Shown: positions 33,437-42,471, counted from the stretch's first letter. The stretch is 64,000 nucleotides of DNA from Vulcanimicrobiota bacterium (GCA_963851255.1 CAWKOF010000007.1:55826-119825); one strand, 5' to 3'. Notes: generated from the sequence alone by a model not told the origin. Numbers and translations are program-made.

Positions 33437-35988
33437 GACTTTTTCCGAGAAGTCGAGGCCTTGCGCTTGCGCGCGGGCTTCGGTTTGTCGTCCGCTACGG
33501 CCGCGCTCACCGCGGCCGTTTCATTTTCCGCTTTGGCGGCGATCTTGCGGGGCCGCCGCGTCTTTGACACCGCGGCCGGAAGTGCGAGCGCGCTTGCAGT
33601 CCCTTCAAGATCACTAGCCGCAACGCTGCGCGCCGTTCGACGCCGGCGAGCCGGCTTCGTCCGCTTCAGATCCTCCTCGGGCGCGGCGAGGCTCGGCGGT
33701 GGTGCTTCGACCGCCGGCGGAACGGCCCGGCTAACCCTAGCGATCGCGCGTGAGGGCTCCGGCGGCGCGGTTTCACCGGTTGGATGCGCCGCACCATCGG
33801 CGGAGACTTCGAAGATGTGCCGATCGGGCATGGTCGCGGCGGCACCCATGTCGCCTCGGCCGCGCCGTCCGCGGCGGCGGCGGCGGCGGCGACGGTGTTG
33901 GCCTGCGCCGTCGGTTGAGGCCGGCGTCTCGCGAGGTGTCTCACGAGGCGTCACCACTGTCACCGGCGTTACAACGATTGCCTCTTCGACGACCGCGGCC
34001 TCGTCTCGACCGCGACCGCGCCGCCGGCGGCGGCGCTTGCGCTTCCCGTCGGTTGCGTGCTGTACCGCTCCCTGCGCGATGATGATCGCGTCGGGCTGGG
34101 CCTCGCCAATGCGTTCGGCTCGAAGCGCTTTGTCCTGCGCTTCCTCCTCTTCGGTGATCGCCGAGATTCCGATCGGCGCGCGGGAAGCCGACTGGCGTGC
34201 CGCGTCTTCGGCAAGCTCGCGCAACTGGCGAGTCTGCTCGGCGGCGGAGACTTCCGCGCGCCGGCCGCCACGCCGTTTGCGGCGCGGCTTGGCGCCGGCG
34301 GTCACGAGTTCGGCGAGGACGTAGTCGTCTTTGTCGTCGACGTCGATGATACGAATGCGCACGAAGTTGCCCGCATTGTTTGTCGCGTTTTCGACCTCGA
34401 CGAGGTGTCCTTCGACGACTCCGACGGCAGAGGTCGGATTCGGCAACCGTCCGGGCAGAAGCTCGACCTCATGCTCGTCGCCGACGCGAACGACATGGTC
34501 CTTATCGATCGCTTTGCTCGCGGCGGAAAGCTCGATGCGCGCCTTCTCCGGATGAATCATCGGATCTACGCGAACGTGAATCGGATGCTCGATCGCGCGC
34601 GCCAGCTCGTCGCACTCGGTTTCGTACCAATAATCCATCTGGACCGCGACGGTCGGCGCGACGTGCACGACGACGTCGCCCGCGACGCCGTTGCTCGCCT
34701 CACTGCGAATCTGGCGGAACGTCTCGATCGCCACCGATTGGGCGGACATGACGCTGCCCATCCCGTTGCAAGTGGGGCAGGCGCCGCGCAGCTGACTGCC
34801 GAGATCCTTGCCGATTCGCTTGCGCGTAAACTCGAGCAGTCCGAGATTCGAGAACGACTGGATCGTCGCACGCGTCCGGTCGCGGCGCAGGTTCTCCTCC
34901 ATCGTCTTGACGACCCTGTCGCGCGACGCTTCCGACGACATGTCGATGAAGTCGACGACGATGATGCCGCCGATGTCGCGCAGACGCACCTGGCGCGCGA
35001 TCTCCTCCGCCGCTTCGATATTCGTCTTGAGGATCGTATCTTCGAGGTTCCGGCCGCCGGTGAACTTGCCTGAGTTTACGTCGATGACGGTCAGCGCTTC
35101 GGTCGACTCGATCACGATCGATGCGCCCGACGGTAGATTGATCTTCGGCCGCATGAGCTTCTGCAGCTCGTCGTCGATCTTATAGTCGTCGAAGAGCGAG
35201 CGACCGGAGTTGTAGTATTCGATTCGCTCGATGTACTGCGGCCCGAGCAGCTGCAGGAAATCGCGAATCTTGCGGTACTCCTCTTCGTCGTCGATCAAGA
35301 CGCGCTCGACGTCGGCGGTGATGAAGTCGCGTGCCGCCTTGTAGACGAGGTTCATGTCCTTGTGGAGCAGCGACGGCGACGCGGCGCGCTTGTACATCTC
35401 GAGAATGCCGTGCCACATTCGAATGAGCACGCCGAGGTCGGCGATAAGTTCGGCCTCGCTCGCTCCTGCGGCAGCCGTCCGGACGACCGTGGCCATCCCC
35501 TCGGGGCGGATGCGCTTCATCACCAGATTGAGCCGGTTGCGCTCGTCGGCCGATTCGATCTTGCGCGAGACCCCGGAGTACTTCCCGGTCGGCATCAAGA
35601 TCAGATAGCGGCCCGGCAGCGAGATGTTCGTCGAGATGCGCGCACCCTTGAGCCCGCGCGGCTCCTTGACGATCTGCACCAGCACGTCGTCGCCGCGTTT
35701 GACCTTTTCGCTGATCGTGAAGCCGCTATGTCCTTGCGTGATCTCGACGTCGCCGATGTTCAGCGGCTGCTTGTTGATATCGTCGACGTAGAGAAACGCG
35801 TTGCGGCCCAGACCGATGTCGACGAATGCCGCTCCCATTCCGGGGAGCACGTTCTGCACTTTACCTTTGAAGATCGAGCCGATGACTTTCTCTTCGCGCT
35901 CGATGTAGAGTTCGGCTAACTCGCCGTCCTCGAGAATGGCGACCCGGTTTTCCCAGGGGTCGCTCGAGATCAATATCTCGCTCGACAA
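33433..35988 (-). CDS. Ribonuclease E/G family protein with long Arg-rich C-terminal tail
   Basis: 851 aa, TTG start with GAGGA RBS. S1 domain IFKGKVQNVLPGMGAAFVDIGLGRNAFLY, catalytic core to about residue 500, then a low-complexity tail with three poly-Arg blocks. Confidence 0.85.
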   Translation of the reverse strand: MSSEILISSDPWENRVAILEDGELAELYIEREEKVIGSIFKGKVQNVLPGMGAAFVDIGLGRNAFLYVDDINKQPLNIGDVEITQGHSGFTISEKVKRGDDVLVQIVKEPRGLKGARISTNISLPGRYLILMPTGKYSGVSRKIESADERNRLNLVMKRIRPEGMATVVRTAAAGASEAELIADLGVLIRMWHGILEMYKRAASPSLLHKDMNLVYKAARDFITADVERVLIDDEEEYRKIRDFLQLLGPQYIERIEYYNSGRSLFDDYKIDDELQKLMRPKINLPSGASIVIESTEALTVIDVNSGKFTGGRNLEDTILKTNIEAAEEIARQVRLRDIGGIIVVDFIDMSSEASRDRVVKTMEENLRRDRTRATIQSFSNLGLLEFTRKRIGKDLGSQLRGACPTCNGMGSVMSAQSVAIETFRQIRSEASNGVAGDVVVHVAPTVAVQMDYWYETECDELARAIEHPIHVRVDPMIHPEKARIELSAASKAIDKDHVVRVGDEHEVELLPGRLPNPTSAVGVVEGHLVEVENATNNAGNFVRIRIIDVDDKDDYVLAELVTAGAKPRRKRRGGRRAEVSAAEQTRQLRELAEDAARQSASRAPIGISAITEEEEAQDKALRAERIGEAQPDAIIIAQGAVQHATDGKRKRRRRRRGRGRDEAAVVEEAIVVTPVTVVTPRETPRETPASTDGAGQHRRRRRRRRGRRGRGDMGAAATMPDRHIFEVSADGAAHPTGETAPPEPSRAIARVSRAVPPAVEAPPPSLAAPEEDLKRTKPARRRRTARSVAASDLEGTASALALPAAVSKTRRPRKIAAKAENETAAVSAAVADDKPKPARKRKASTSRKKS

Positions 35989-36058
35989 ATTGTCCTCAAA
36001 TCACGGGAGCTGCCTCGCGCGGCGCTTCCGTACCGGCGCGCTCGCGCACGGCGCTCCC

Positions 36059-36089
36059 AAAAAACTAAAAAAAATTCCGCTGGGCGGCC
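36059..36089 (-). terminator. Possible weak intrinsic terminator / leader element (T8-AG-T6 tract on the minus strand)
   Basis: The only long A/T run in the window. On the minus strand GGCCGCCCAGCGG precedes TTTTTTTTAGTTTTTT. About 110 nt downstream of the rodA stop and 70 nt upstream of the rne start. The stem is only about 4 bp. Confidence 0.3.
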
Positions 36090-36198
36090 TTTCGTCACCT
36101 GACGCAGCCTGCCCAAGCATCTGCTCCCCGTCTTCCCGCCGAGCCGAGCGGCGACCTGCGACAGCAAGCAGGGACCCGGCTGAACGCTACTCGGCACG

Positions 36199-37332
36199 TC
36201 AGGCGTTTCCCAAGACGTCACGGTCCTTCTGCGAGTAGATGTTGAGCAGAATGCCGAGCGCCGCGAAGTCGGTGAGCACCGCCGAGCCCCCGTACGACAT
36301 GAATGGGAGCGGAATGCCGGTGATCGGCATGATCCCGATCGTCATGCCGACGTTGACGAGCACGTGAAAGAAGAGCATCCCGACCAATCCCGCCGCGAGC
36401 AGGAAGCCGAAGCGATCGCGCGCCGCAAACATCGTGCGAATGCCTCCATAGAAGATCGCAGCGTAGAGCGTCAGCAGAACGACGGCGCCGGCAAAGCCCC
36501 ACTCCTCGGCTAAGACCGTGAAGATGAAATCGCGCGAATGCTCGGGCACGAAGTTGAGCTGCGTCTGCGTGCCGTGATAGAGTCCGCGCCCGAACCACTC
36601 GCCGTTGCCTACCGCGATCTTCGATTGGTTGAGATTGTAACCGGTACCCTGCGGATCGGCCTTGGGGTTCAGAAAAACGAAGAGACGCGCTCGCTGGAAC
36701 GGCTTGAGCACGGCGTTGGTGCCGAGCGCAGCGGCGGCGACGACCAGCACGCCGAGCACGTAGATCAGGAAATCGCCAAGCCTCGGCAGCGCAAAGAAGA
36801 GCTCGACCGTCGTGATTGCGAGCAGCACGAGCGAGGTGCCTAGGTCGGGCTGCTTGAGAACCAGCAGCGCGGGAATCGCGACGACCAGGAGCGGCTTCCA
36901 AATCTCTTGGAGGTTCTGGTACGCTCCGCGGCAGAGCACGGCCGCCAGTGAGATTGCGATGACGAGCTTTGCGGGCTCGGATGGTTGGAACGTTCCGAGC
37001 GGGCCGAGCGAAATCCAGCGCTGCGCGCCCATCGCGCTATGGCCGCCACGTAAAATGAAGAGCAGCAAGAGCAGGTTGACGGCGTAGAGTCCCGGCGCCC
37101 AGCGCTGCCAACTGCGATAATCCACCAGCGATAGACAGAACATCACCGGAATGCCGAGCAGCAGATAGAGGATCTGCTTTGGGTACTCGCCGGCGGCGCT
37201 CGGCGCGTGCAATCCTGCCGATCGGATGCAGAGGATGCCGGCCAAAGCGATGAGAACGCCGCCGGCCGCCAACGGCCAGTTGAAGTTCCGAACGTAACGC
37301 TTGGCGTCGCCGCCGAGCGTCAGAACCGCCAC
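36199..37332 (-). CDS. rodA: SEDS family peptidoglycan polymerase (RodA/FtsW)
   Basis: 377 aa with GTG start. About 10 TM helices, SEDS motifs QPSEPAKL and PLPFMSYGGSA. Last gene of the min operon. Confidence 0.8.
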   Translation of the reverse strand: MAVLTLGGDAKRYVRNFNWPLAAGGVLIALAGILCIRSAGLHAPSAAGEYPKQILYLLLGIPVMFCLSLVDYRSWQRWAPGLYAVNLLLLLFILRGGHSAMGAQRWISLGPLGTFQPSEPAKLVIAISLAAVLCRGAYQNLQEIWKPLLVVAIPALLVLKQPDLGTSLVLLAITTVELFFALPRLGDFLIYVLGVLVVAAAALGTNAVLKPFQRARLFVFLNPKADPQGTGYNLNQSKIAVGNGEWFGRGLYHGTQTQLNFVPEHSRDFIFTVLAEEWGFAGAVVLLTLYAAIFYGGIRTMFAARDRFGFLLAAGLVGMLFFHVLVNVGMTIGIMPITGIPLPFMSYGGSAVLTDFAALGILLNIYSQKDRDVLGNA

Positions 37333-37724
37333 TAAGCCTGAGCCGGCGAAGTGGCGGCCTTCAGGGCTTTCTTGCGGCGGCGCCGCTTGCGAACCGGCGG
37401 CTTGCCCGAGCCGGCAGCCGGCGGCGCCGGCAGGGTCGGACGTTCGCGTTTGGGCGCGCCGTTGCCGTTTGGCCGGTTAACCGAAAGAATGGGGATGTTG
37501 GCGAGCATTGCGAGCGTGCGATCTTGACGATCGAAGGTCACGTCGATCTTATCGCGATCGACCTGTACGTAGCGCGAGATGACGTCGACGAAGTCGCGTT
37601 TCATGGCCTCGATCATCTCGGGGGCGAGTTCCAAGTGATCGGTCATCAGAACCAGGCGCAACCGGTCTTTTGCCGTCGCACTCGATCCCTCACGCTGAAA
37701 AAGGCGCTTGAGAAACTCGATCAT
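37332..37724 (-). CDS. minE: Cell division topological specificity factor MinE with basic C-terminal extension
   Basis: 130 aa. The N-terminal ~85 aa are typical MinE (FLKRLF ... SATAKDRLRLVLMTDH ... DFVDVISRYV). An extra ~45-aa Pro/Lys/Arg tail follows. Confidence 0.85.
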   Translation of the reverse strand: MIEFLKRLFQREGSSATAKDRLRLVLMTDHLELAPEMIEAMKRDFVDVISRYVQVDRDKIDVTFDRQDRTLAMLANIPILSVNRPNGNGAPKRERPTLPAPPAAGSGKPPVRKRRRRKKALKAATSPAQA

Positions 37725-38641
37725 CGGCGCTTACCTCCCAAGATCGAGCCGAGTTTTTCGAATAACGAAGCTTTCGCCGCGGGCGGCATCGGCGCCGGAA
37801 CGTCGTCGCCGGCGACGCGCGCCGCGATTGCGTGATAGGCCGCCCCCGTGGGTGTGGTCGCGCGCAGCGCGAGCGGCTCGCCGCGATTGGTCGTCACGAT
37901 GATCTCGGGCTCGTCGGCGATCACGCCTAGCAGCGGCAAACGCAGGATCGCGTTAACGTCTTCAACGGATAGCATTTTCCCCTTGCGCACCAGCTGCGGC
38001 CGCAGACGGTTGATGATGAGTTGTGGGTGAAAACGGTTCCCGAGCAATCCGACGACGCGATCGACGTCGCGCACGGCGGCAACCTCCGGCGTGCAGATGA
38101 CGATCGCCTCATCCGCACCGGCGACGGCATTCCGGAAGCCCAGCTCGATGCCGGCCGGGCTGTCGATCAGCACGTAATCGAATCGCTCGCGAAGCTTGAC
38201 AATCAGGGCTTGCATCTTATCGGTCTCGACGTCGTCCTTCTCGCGCGACTGCGCCGCCGCAAGCAGGAAGAGCCGTTCGGTGTGCTTATCGGCGACGAGC
38301 GCATCTTCAATCTCGACCCGCTCTTCGAGCACGTCGAGCAAATGATGGTTGACGCGGCTCTCCAGGCCGAGCACGATGTCGAGATTGCGCAAACCAACGT
38401 CGGCATCGATCATCACGACGCTCGCTCCGCGGCTCGCAAGTGCGGTTCCGAGATTCGCGGTCGTCGTAGTCTTCCCGACGCCGCCTTTGCCCGAGGTCAG
38501 CACGATGGCGCGTCCGCGTTTTACGCTTGCCGCGCTCGCTTCCCACTGCGCTTGCCCTGCACCCTTCGACTCCGCTTCGACGCGCTCAGCGTCGCTCAGG
38601 ACAGGCACCGTCGAAGGGTCCGGCTGTACTTGATGCACCAT
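37721..38641 (-). CDS. Septum site-determining ATPase MinD, second paralogue with N-terminal extension
   Basis: 306 aa. Deviant Walker A TSGKGGVGKTTTTANLG, DADVGLRNLD, and C-terminal amphipathic tail ASLFEKLGSILGGKRR. ATG overlaps the stop of the first minD (TAATG). Confidence 0.85.
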   Translation of the reverse strand: MVHQVQPDPSTVPVLSDAERVEAESKGAGQAQWEASAASVKRGRAIVLTSGKGGVGKTTTTANLGTALASRGASVVMIDADVGLRNLDIVLGLESRVNHHLLDVLEERVEIEDALVADKHTERLFLLAAAQSREKDDVETDKMQALIVKLRERFDYVLIDSPAGIELGFRNAVAGADEAIVICTPEVAAVRDVDRVVGLLGNRFHPQLIINRLRPQLVRKGKMLSVEDVNAILRLPLLGVIADEPEIIVTTNRGEPLALRATTPTGAAYHAIAARVAGDDVPAPMPPAAKASLFEKLGSILGGKRR

Positions 38642-39432
38642 TACCCCGCTTTCAACGCCTCGAGCAGACGTCCGAACAACGTCTGATTGTCGAAACTGGT
38701 GAAGGGAACGAGCTCGCCTTCGAGCCGCCGCGCGATCTTGTCGTAGATCGCGCGCAAGCGATTCGTTTCGTTGAGGACGATCGGTTCGCCGCGATTGGTC
38801 GTATCGATTACTTCTTCATCGTCGGGGACGATGCCGAGGAGCTCGATCGAGAGGACGTCGCAGACGTCTTCAACCGAGAGCATATCTCCGCTGCGGACCA
38901 TCTCGGGCCGCAGGCGGTTGACGATCAAACGAATGGTCTTTCCGGTTGCGGCGATCTTTCCGACCACGCGGTCGGCGTCACGGATCGCGCTGACCTCAGG
39001 TGTGGTGACGACGATTGCTTCGGCGGCTCCGGCAACCGCGTTGCGAAAACCCGACTCGATGCCGGCGGGACAATCGATCAGCACGTAGTCGGCCTGTTCG
39101 GCGGCAAGGTCGACGATCGCCGAAAACTGCTCCGGTGTGATCGCATCTTTCTCGCGGGTCTGTGCGGCCGGAAGGATCGAGAGCGAATCGAAGCGCTTGT
39201 CTTTGATCAACGCCTGGCGAAGCTGACAGCGACCTTCCGCGACCTCGACGAGATCGAAGACGATGCGCTTCTCGAGCCCCAGCACCAAGTCGAGATTGCG
39301 CAAGCCGATGTCCGCGTCGATCAGAATGACGCGCTTTCCGCGCTTGGCGAGCGTCGCGCCAAGGTTTGCGGTCGTCGTCGTTTTTCCGACGCCGCCTTTA
39401 CCGGAGGTGATGACGATCTTACGAGTGGTCAC
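38641..39432 (-). CDS. minD: Septum site-determining ATPase MinD
   Basis: 263 aa. TSGKGGVGKTTTTANLG, DADIGLRNLD, and C-terminal membrane-targeting helix TLFGRLLEALKAG. GTGA overlap with minC. Confidence 0.9.
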   Translation of the reverse strand: MTTRKIVITSGKGGVGKTTTTANLGATLAKRGKRVILIDADIGLRNLDLVLGLEKRIVFDLVEVAEGRCQLRQALIKDKRFDSLSILPAAQTREKDAITPEQFSAIVDLAAEQADYVLIDCPAGIESGFRNAVAGAAEAIVVTTPEVSAIRDADRVVGKIAATGKTIRLIVNRLRPEMVRSGDMLSVEDVCDVLSIELLGIVPDDEEVIDTTNRGEPIVLNETNRLRAIYDKIARRLEGELVPFTSFDNQTLFGRLLEALKAG

Positions 39433-40238
39433 GCCGAGGATGCTCCCGAGCCGTCGAGGTGTTTGAAGCGATCGAGCGGGAGAACGACGATCTGGCCGTC
39501 GCGCACGATCGCCGCTTCGGCGCCGCGCGTACCGCGCCGTTGCGGGCCCTCTTCGGCCGCGATAAAGGTGGAGATGCGCAACTGCGTCGCGACCAGATCG
39601 AGCGCGAAAATGCGCGAGCTTGCGTCGCCTTGAGCGCCGGCGTGCGCGATACCCGCGAGCCGCCCAAAGACCAATATGTCGCCGGTCGCGACCAGCTCGG
39701 CGCCGGGATTGACGTCGCCGACGACCACGATATTGCCGGTGTGATGAAGCGTTTGTCCACCGCGCAGCGTCGCGGCGTGATAGAGCGTGGTCGGCAGCGC
39801 TTCGACCAGCCGCAGTTCCGGCACAGGTCGCTCAGGCTCGATCTTCGCCCTCCGCACGCTTGCCTCGCCACGTTTGCGCCGCTGCGCAATCTCGCCGCGC
39901 GCACCGGAGAAGTCGGCGACCAGCGAGCGCGCCGAATCCGAAAGCCGCGGCGCGAGGGACTCAAACTGGAGGCCTTCGGCGCGTGCCAGCAGTTCGAGCC
40001 CCTCGCCCGTCCCCGTGAAAGCCCGCAGGGTGATGCCCGCACCGGCCAAGAGTGCGCGCAAGCGCGTCACGTCCTCCGCCGACGGTACGTTCTCACCATA
40101 GTTTGCTACCGCGGACGCGCCTCGATAAAAGGTCGGCTGCTCGGCGAGGCGAGCTTCAAGTTCATCGAGGGCCCCCCCGAGGTCGCGGCCGCAGAGCGCC
40201 ACTTCAAGGCCGTCCAGCCGCCCCCGCAAGAGTGTCAC
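39429..40238 (-). CDS. minC: Septum site-determining protein MinC
   Basis: 269 aa. C-terminal beta-helix motif LHHTGNIVVVGDVNPGAELVATGDILVFGRLAGIAHAG. First gene of the operon. Confidence 0.8.
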   Translation of the reverse strand: MTLLRGRLDGLEVALCGRDLGGALDELEARLAEQPTFYRGASAVANYGENVPSAEDVTRLRALLAGAGITLRAFTGTGEGLELLARAEGLQFESLAPRLSDSARSLVADFSGARGEIAQRRKRGEASVRRAKIEPERPVPELRLVEALPTTLYHAATLRGGQTLHHTGNIVVVGDVNPGAELVATGDILVFGRLAGIAHAGAQGDASSRIFALDLVATQLRISTFIAAEEGPQRRGTRGAEAAIVRDGQIVVLPLDRFKHLDGSGASSA

Positions 40239-40316
40239 GTTCGGCTCTGCGCGAAGTATCTAGAGCATACCCGCCGGTATCCACAAACGATTCGCAATTT
40301 CTTTATCTTTTCCACA

Positions 40317-40322
40317 TATAAT
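40317..40322 (+). promoter_or_regulatory. Candidate -10 box (TATAAT) in the AT-rich divergent minC / M48 intergenic region
   Basis: Exact TATAAT 56 nt upstream of the M48 ATG, inside the most AT-rich intergenic stretch (40290-40330). I found no good -35 at 17-bp spacing. Confidence 0.25.
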
Positions 40323-40377
40323 ACACAGTGACTCGACGTACGCTGGCCAGTACGTCATGCAAAGGAAGCCTTAACGC

Positions 40378-42459
40378 ATGCTCCGCCGCACGATTCCGAT
40401 CTTCACCATCATCTCCCTTATCTCTGCCGTATGTCCGGCACGAGTCTTCGCCATGTCGACCCAGGCGGAGATAGCCCTCGGCCAAGAGGAAGACCAGCAG
40501 ATCGTCGCGAGCAGCGTCGTGGAGACCGATCCGCTGCTCAACGCCTACGTTCAGGGAGTCGCCGGCAATCTTTGGAATCAGGTCGCGCGCAAGGACGTGC
40601 CATACTCGGTCAAGGTCCTCAAAGATAGTCAGATCAACTCCTTCGCGACGATGGGCGGCTTCGTCTACATTAACGAGGGCCTGATCGACTTCGCACAATC
40701 CGATGACGAGCTGGCCAGCGTCATCGGCCACGAAACCGGTCACATCGAGCGACGGCACGTCATCACCACCAACTCGAAAGCCGAGATCCTGAATCTCCTC
40801 TTTGGCCTGGCTTCGATCTTCTCGCCGATTATTTACGAGTTCGGCGGCCTCGCCGAAGCCGGCGTGATGGCGAAGATCGAGCGCGGCGACGAGCTGCAAG
40901 CCGATCGGTACGGCCTGCAGTTGATGTCCCGGGCGGGCTACGATCCCGAGTCGATGGTGACGATGATGGCGCATCTGGGCGTGCTGCAGGGCGAACACGA
41001 CGATGCCGTCAGCAAATACCTTCAAGACCACCCCGACCCGGCCAATCGCGTCGCGCACTTGATGGGCTATCCCGAGCTCGACCCGAGCGACGTGACGACC
41101 GGCCAAGAAATCGTTCAGGCCTCAAGCGACGAAGAGCGCTCGCGCTACGCCTTCGCGCGGATCCGCCTCAATCAAGTCCTGGCGAAAGATCCGCATAGCT
41201 CCGAAGCACTCCTGGAGCTCGGGCAATCGGAGCTGGCGCTCGGATTGCCGAATAAGAGCGAGCAGACCCTTGCCGAGGCGGCACAGCTCGGTTCGCCGCA
41301 GACGCGAGCGACCGCCAACGCGCGGATCGCCGCACTGCGTCAGATGGAAGTGCAGGAGGTGACGTTCGCGCGGCGTGACCCTCCAAAACATAAGGCCGAT
41401 CCACCGAGCCTGCAAAGCACCGTCACGGCGGCCCAAGCATCGCACCTCCAGAGCGCGACCGAAATTCAAGCCCGCGAATCAGAGGGTAAGGATCAGCTCA
41501 AGTCGGTGCAGACCCGACTCGACACGCTGACATACGAGGTTCCCGACCTGAGCCGGATTAACATCAAGCGCGGCTCGCGGACCGAGGCCATCGTTAAGAA
41601 TCTCACCTCGATGGCGCGCTCGCTCAACAGCGCGCTGCAGGACGTCGGCGGCGATTCGAGCCCGATCGGCGGCATCGGAACGCTCGAGAAAAACAAGGAA
41701 GGCGGACTGCTCAAGGAGAGCGCCGACATCTATCAGGAGATGCTGGAGCCGTTCACGCTCACGCCGATTCCGACCGAATCGGTCGCAATCTTTCCTTCTT
41801 ACCCCTCGATGATGAGCGAGCTCTCCCGCGCCGACGGCGAGATGTTGCGCTCTGTCGACGCGTCACGCGCGGCGATGACGCAGATCGATCAGTCGCTCGG
41901 CGATCTCGATGAGTTCCTCAAGGATTTGGACCACGCGTCGGTCAGTTACAGCGGCGACATCAGCCCAAACGAATACGCGGTTCTCGTGCCGCTCATGAAG
42001 CAGTGCGTTGATGAGTTCAACGCCGCCGCGACGCAGGCGTCGCAGGGCGCGCAGCTCTTCAACCTCGCTCGCTCCCGCCAGCTCTCGACTCGAATCACGC
42101 TGCTCGGCCTGGGAACCTCGCCCGAGCTTTACTCAACGCTGCGGTATGCGCTGCAGCAACGGTTCGGAAATGGGACGGTCGATTATCGCACGATGCTGCG
42201 CGACGGTTTAACGCCCGGCGACGTGACCGCAGCTGCGATCATCGCAGCCGACATCAAGAGCACGCCTGAGAGCGTCATCGCGGAGGCAAAGAGCTCGGGC
42301 ACGACGGTCATCGACGTGGCTAACGCGCATAAGATGCACTCCTGGCCGCTCGAGATCTTCATGGGTCTGGTCTACCTCGACTACACCGACGATCCGCGCA
42401 AGGAGTTGCGCAAGGCGGACGGAACGCTCGCGGTCGATCTTAGCAAGTTAGGTCTGTAG
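40378..42459 (+). CDS. Secreted M48 family zinc metalloprotease with TPR-like segment and long C-terminal extension
   Basis: 693 aa. Signal peptide, HETGHIERRH (HExxH) and the downstream ELQADRYG glutamate motif. Residues ~250-693 are not recognisable. Confidence 0.8.
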   Translation: MLRRTIPIFTIISLISAVCPARVFAMSTQAEIALGQEEDQQIVASSVVETDPLLNAYVQGVAGNLWNQVARKDVPYSVKVLKDSQINSFATMGGFVYINEGLIDFAQSDDELASVIGHETGHIERRHVITTNSKAEILNLLFGLASIFSPIIYEFGGLAEAGVMAKIERGDELQADRYGLQLMSRAGYDPESMVTMMAHLGVLQGEHDDAVSKYLQDHPDPANRVAHLMGYPELDPSDVTTGQEIVQASSDEERSRYAFARIRLNQVLAKDPHSSEALLELGQSELALGLPNKSEQTLAEAAQLGSPQTRATANARIAALRQMEVQEVTFARRDPPKHKADPPSLQSTVTAAQASHLQSATEIQARESEGKDQLKSVQTRLDTLTYEVPDLSRINIKRGSRTEAIVKNLTSMARSLNSALQDVGGDSSPIGGIGTLEKNKEGGLLKESADIYQEMLEPFTLTPIPTESVAIFPSYPSMMSELSRADGEMLRSVDASRAAMTQIDQSLGDLDEFLKDLDHASVSYSGDISPNEYAVLVPLMKQCVDEFNAAATQASQGAQLFNLARSRQLSTRITLLGLGTSPELYSTLRYALQQRFGNGTVDYRTMLRDGLTPGDVTAAAIIAADIKSTPESVIAEAKSSGTTVIDVANAHKMHSWPLEIFMGLVYLDYTDDPRKELRKADGTLAVDLSKLGL

Positions 42460-42471
42460 AAAGGAACGTTC

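Noticed and set aside
38594-38620. GCTCAGGACAGGCACCGTCGAAGGGTC inside the N-terminal extension of the second minD, which resembles the REP-like half-sites.
   Set aside because: The two half-sites are in the opposite relative orientation to the four clear copies, and each match is short. I treat it as unproven similarity.
38527-39633. A long plus-strand ORF (368 aa), with many similar ones such as 5221-5934, 7584-8621, 17537-18367, 24832-25671, 40303-41106 and 56987-57697.
   Set aside because: All are antisense or off-frame to genes with clear family motifs, and they are Arg/Pro/Ala-rich. This is the expected artefact of high GC content with few stop codons.
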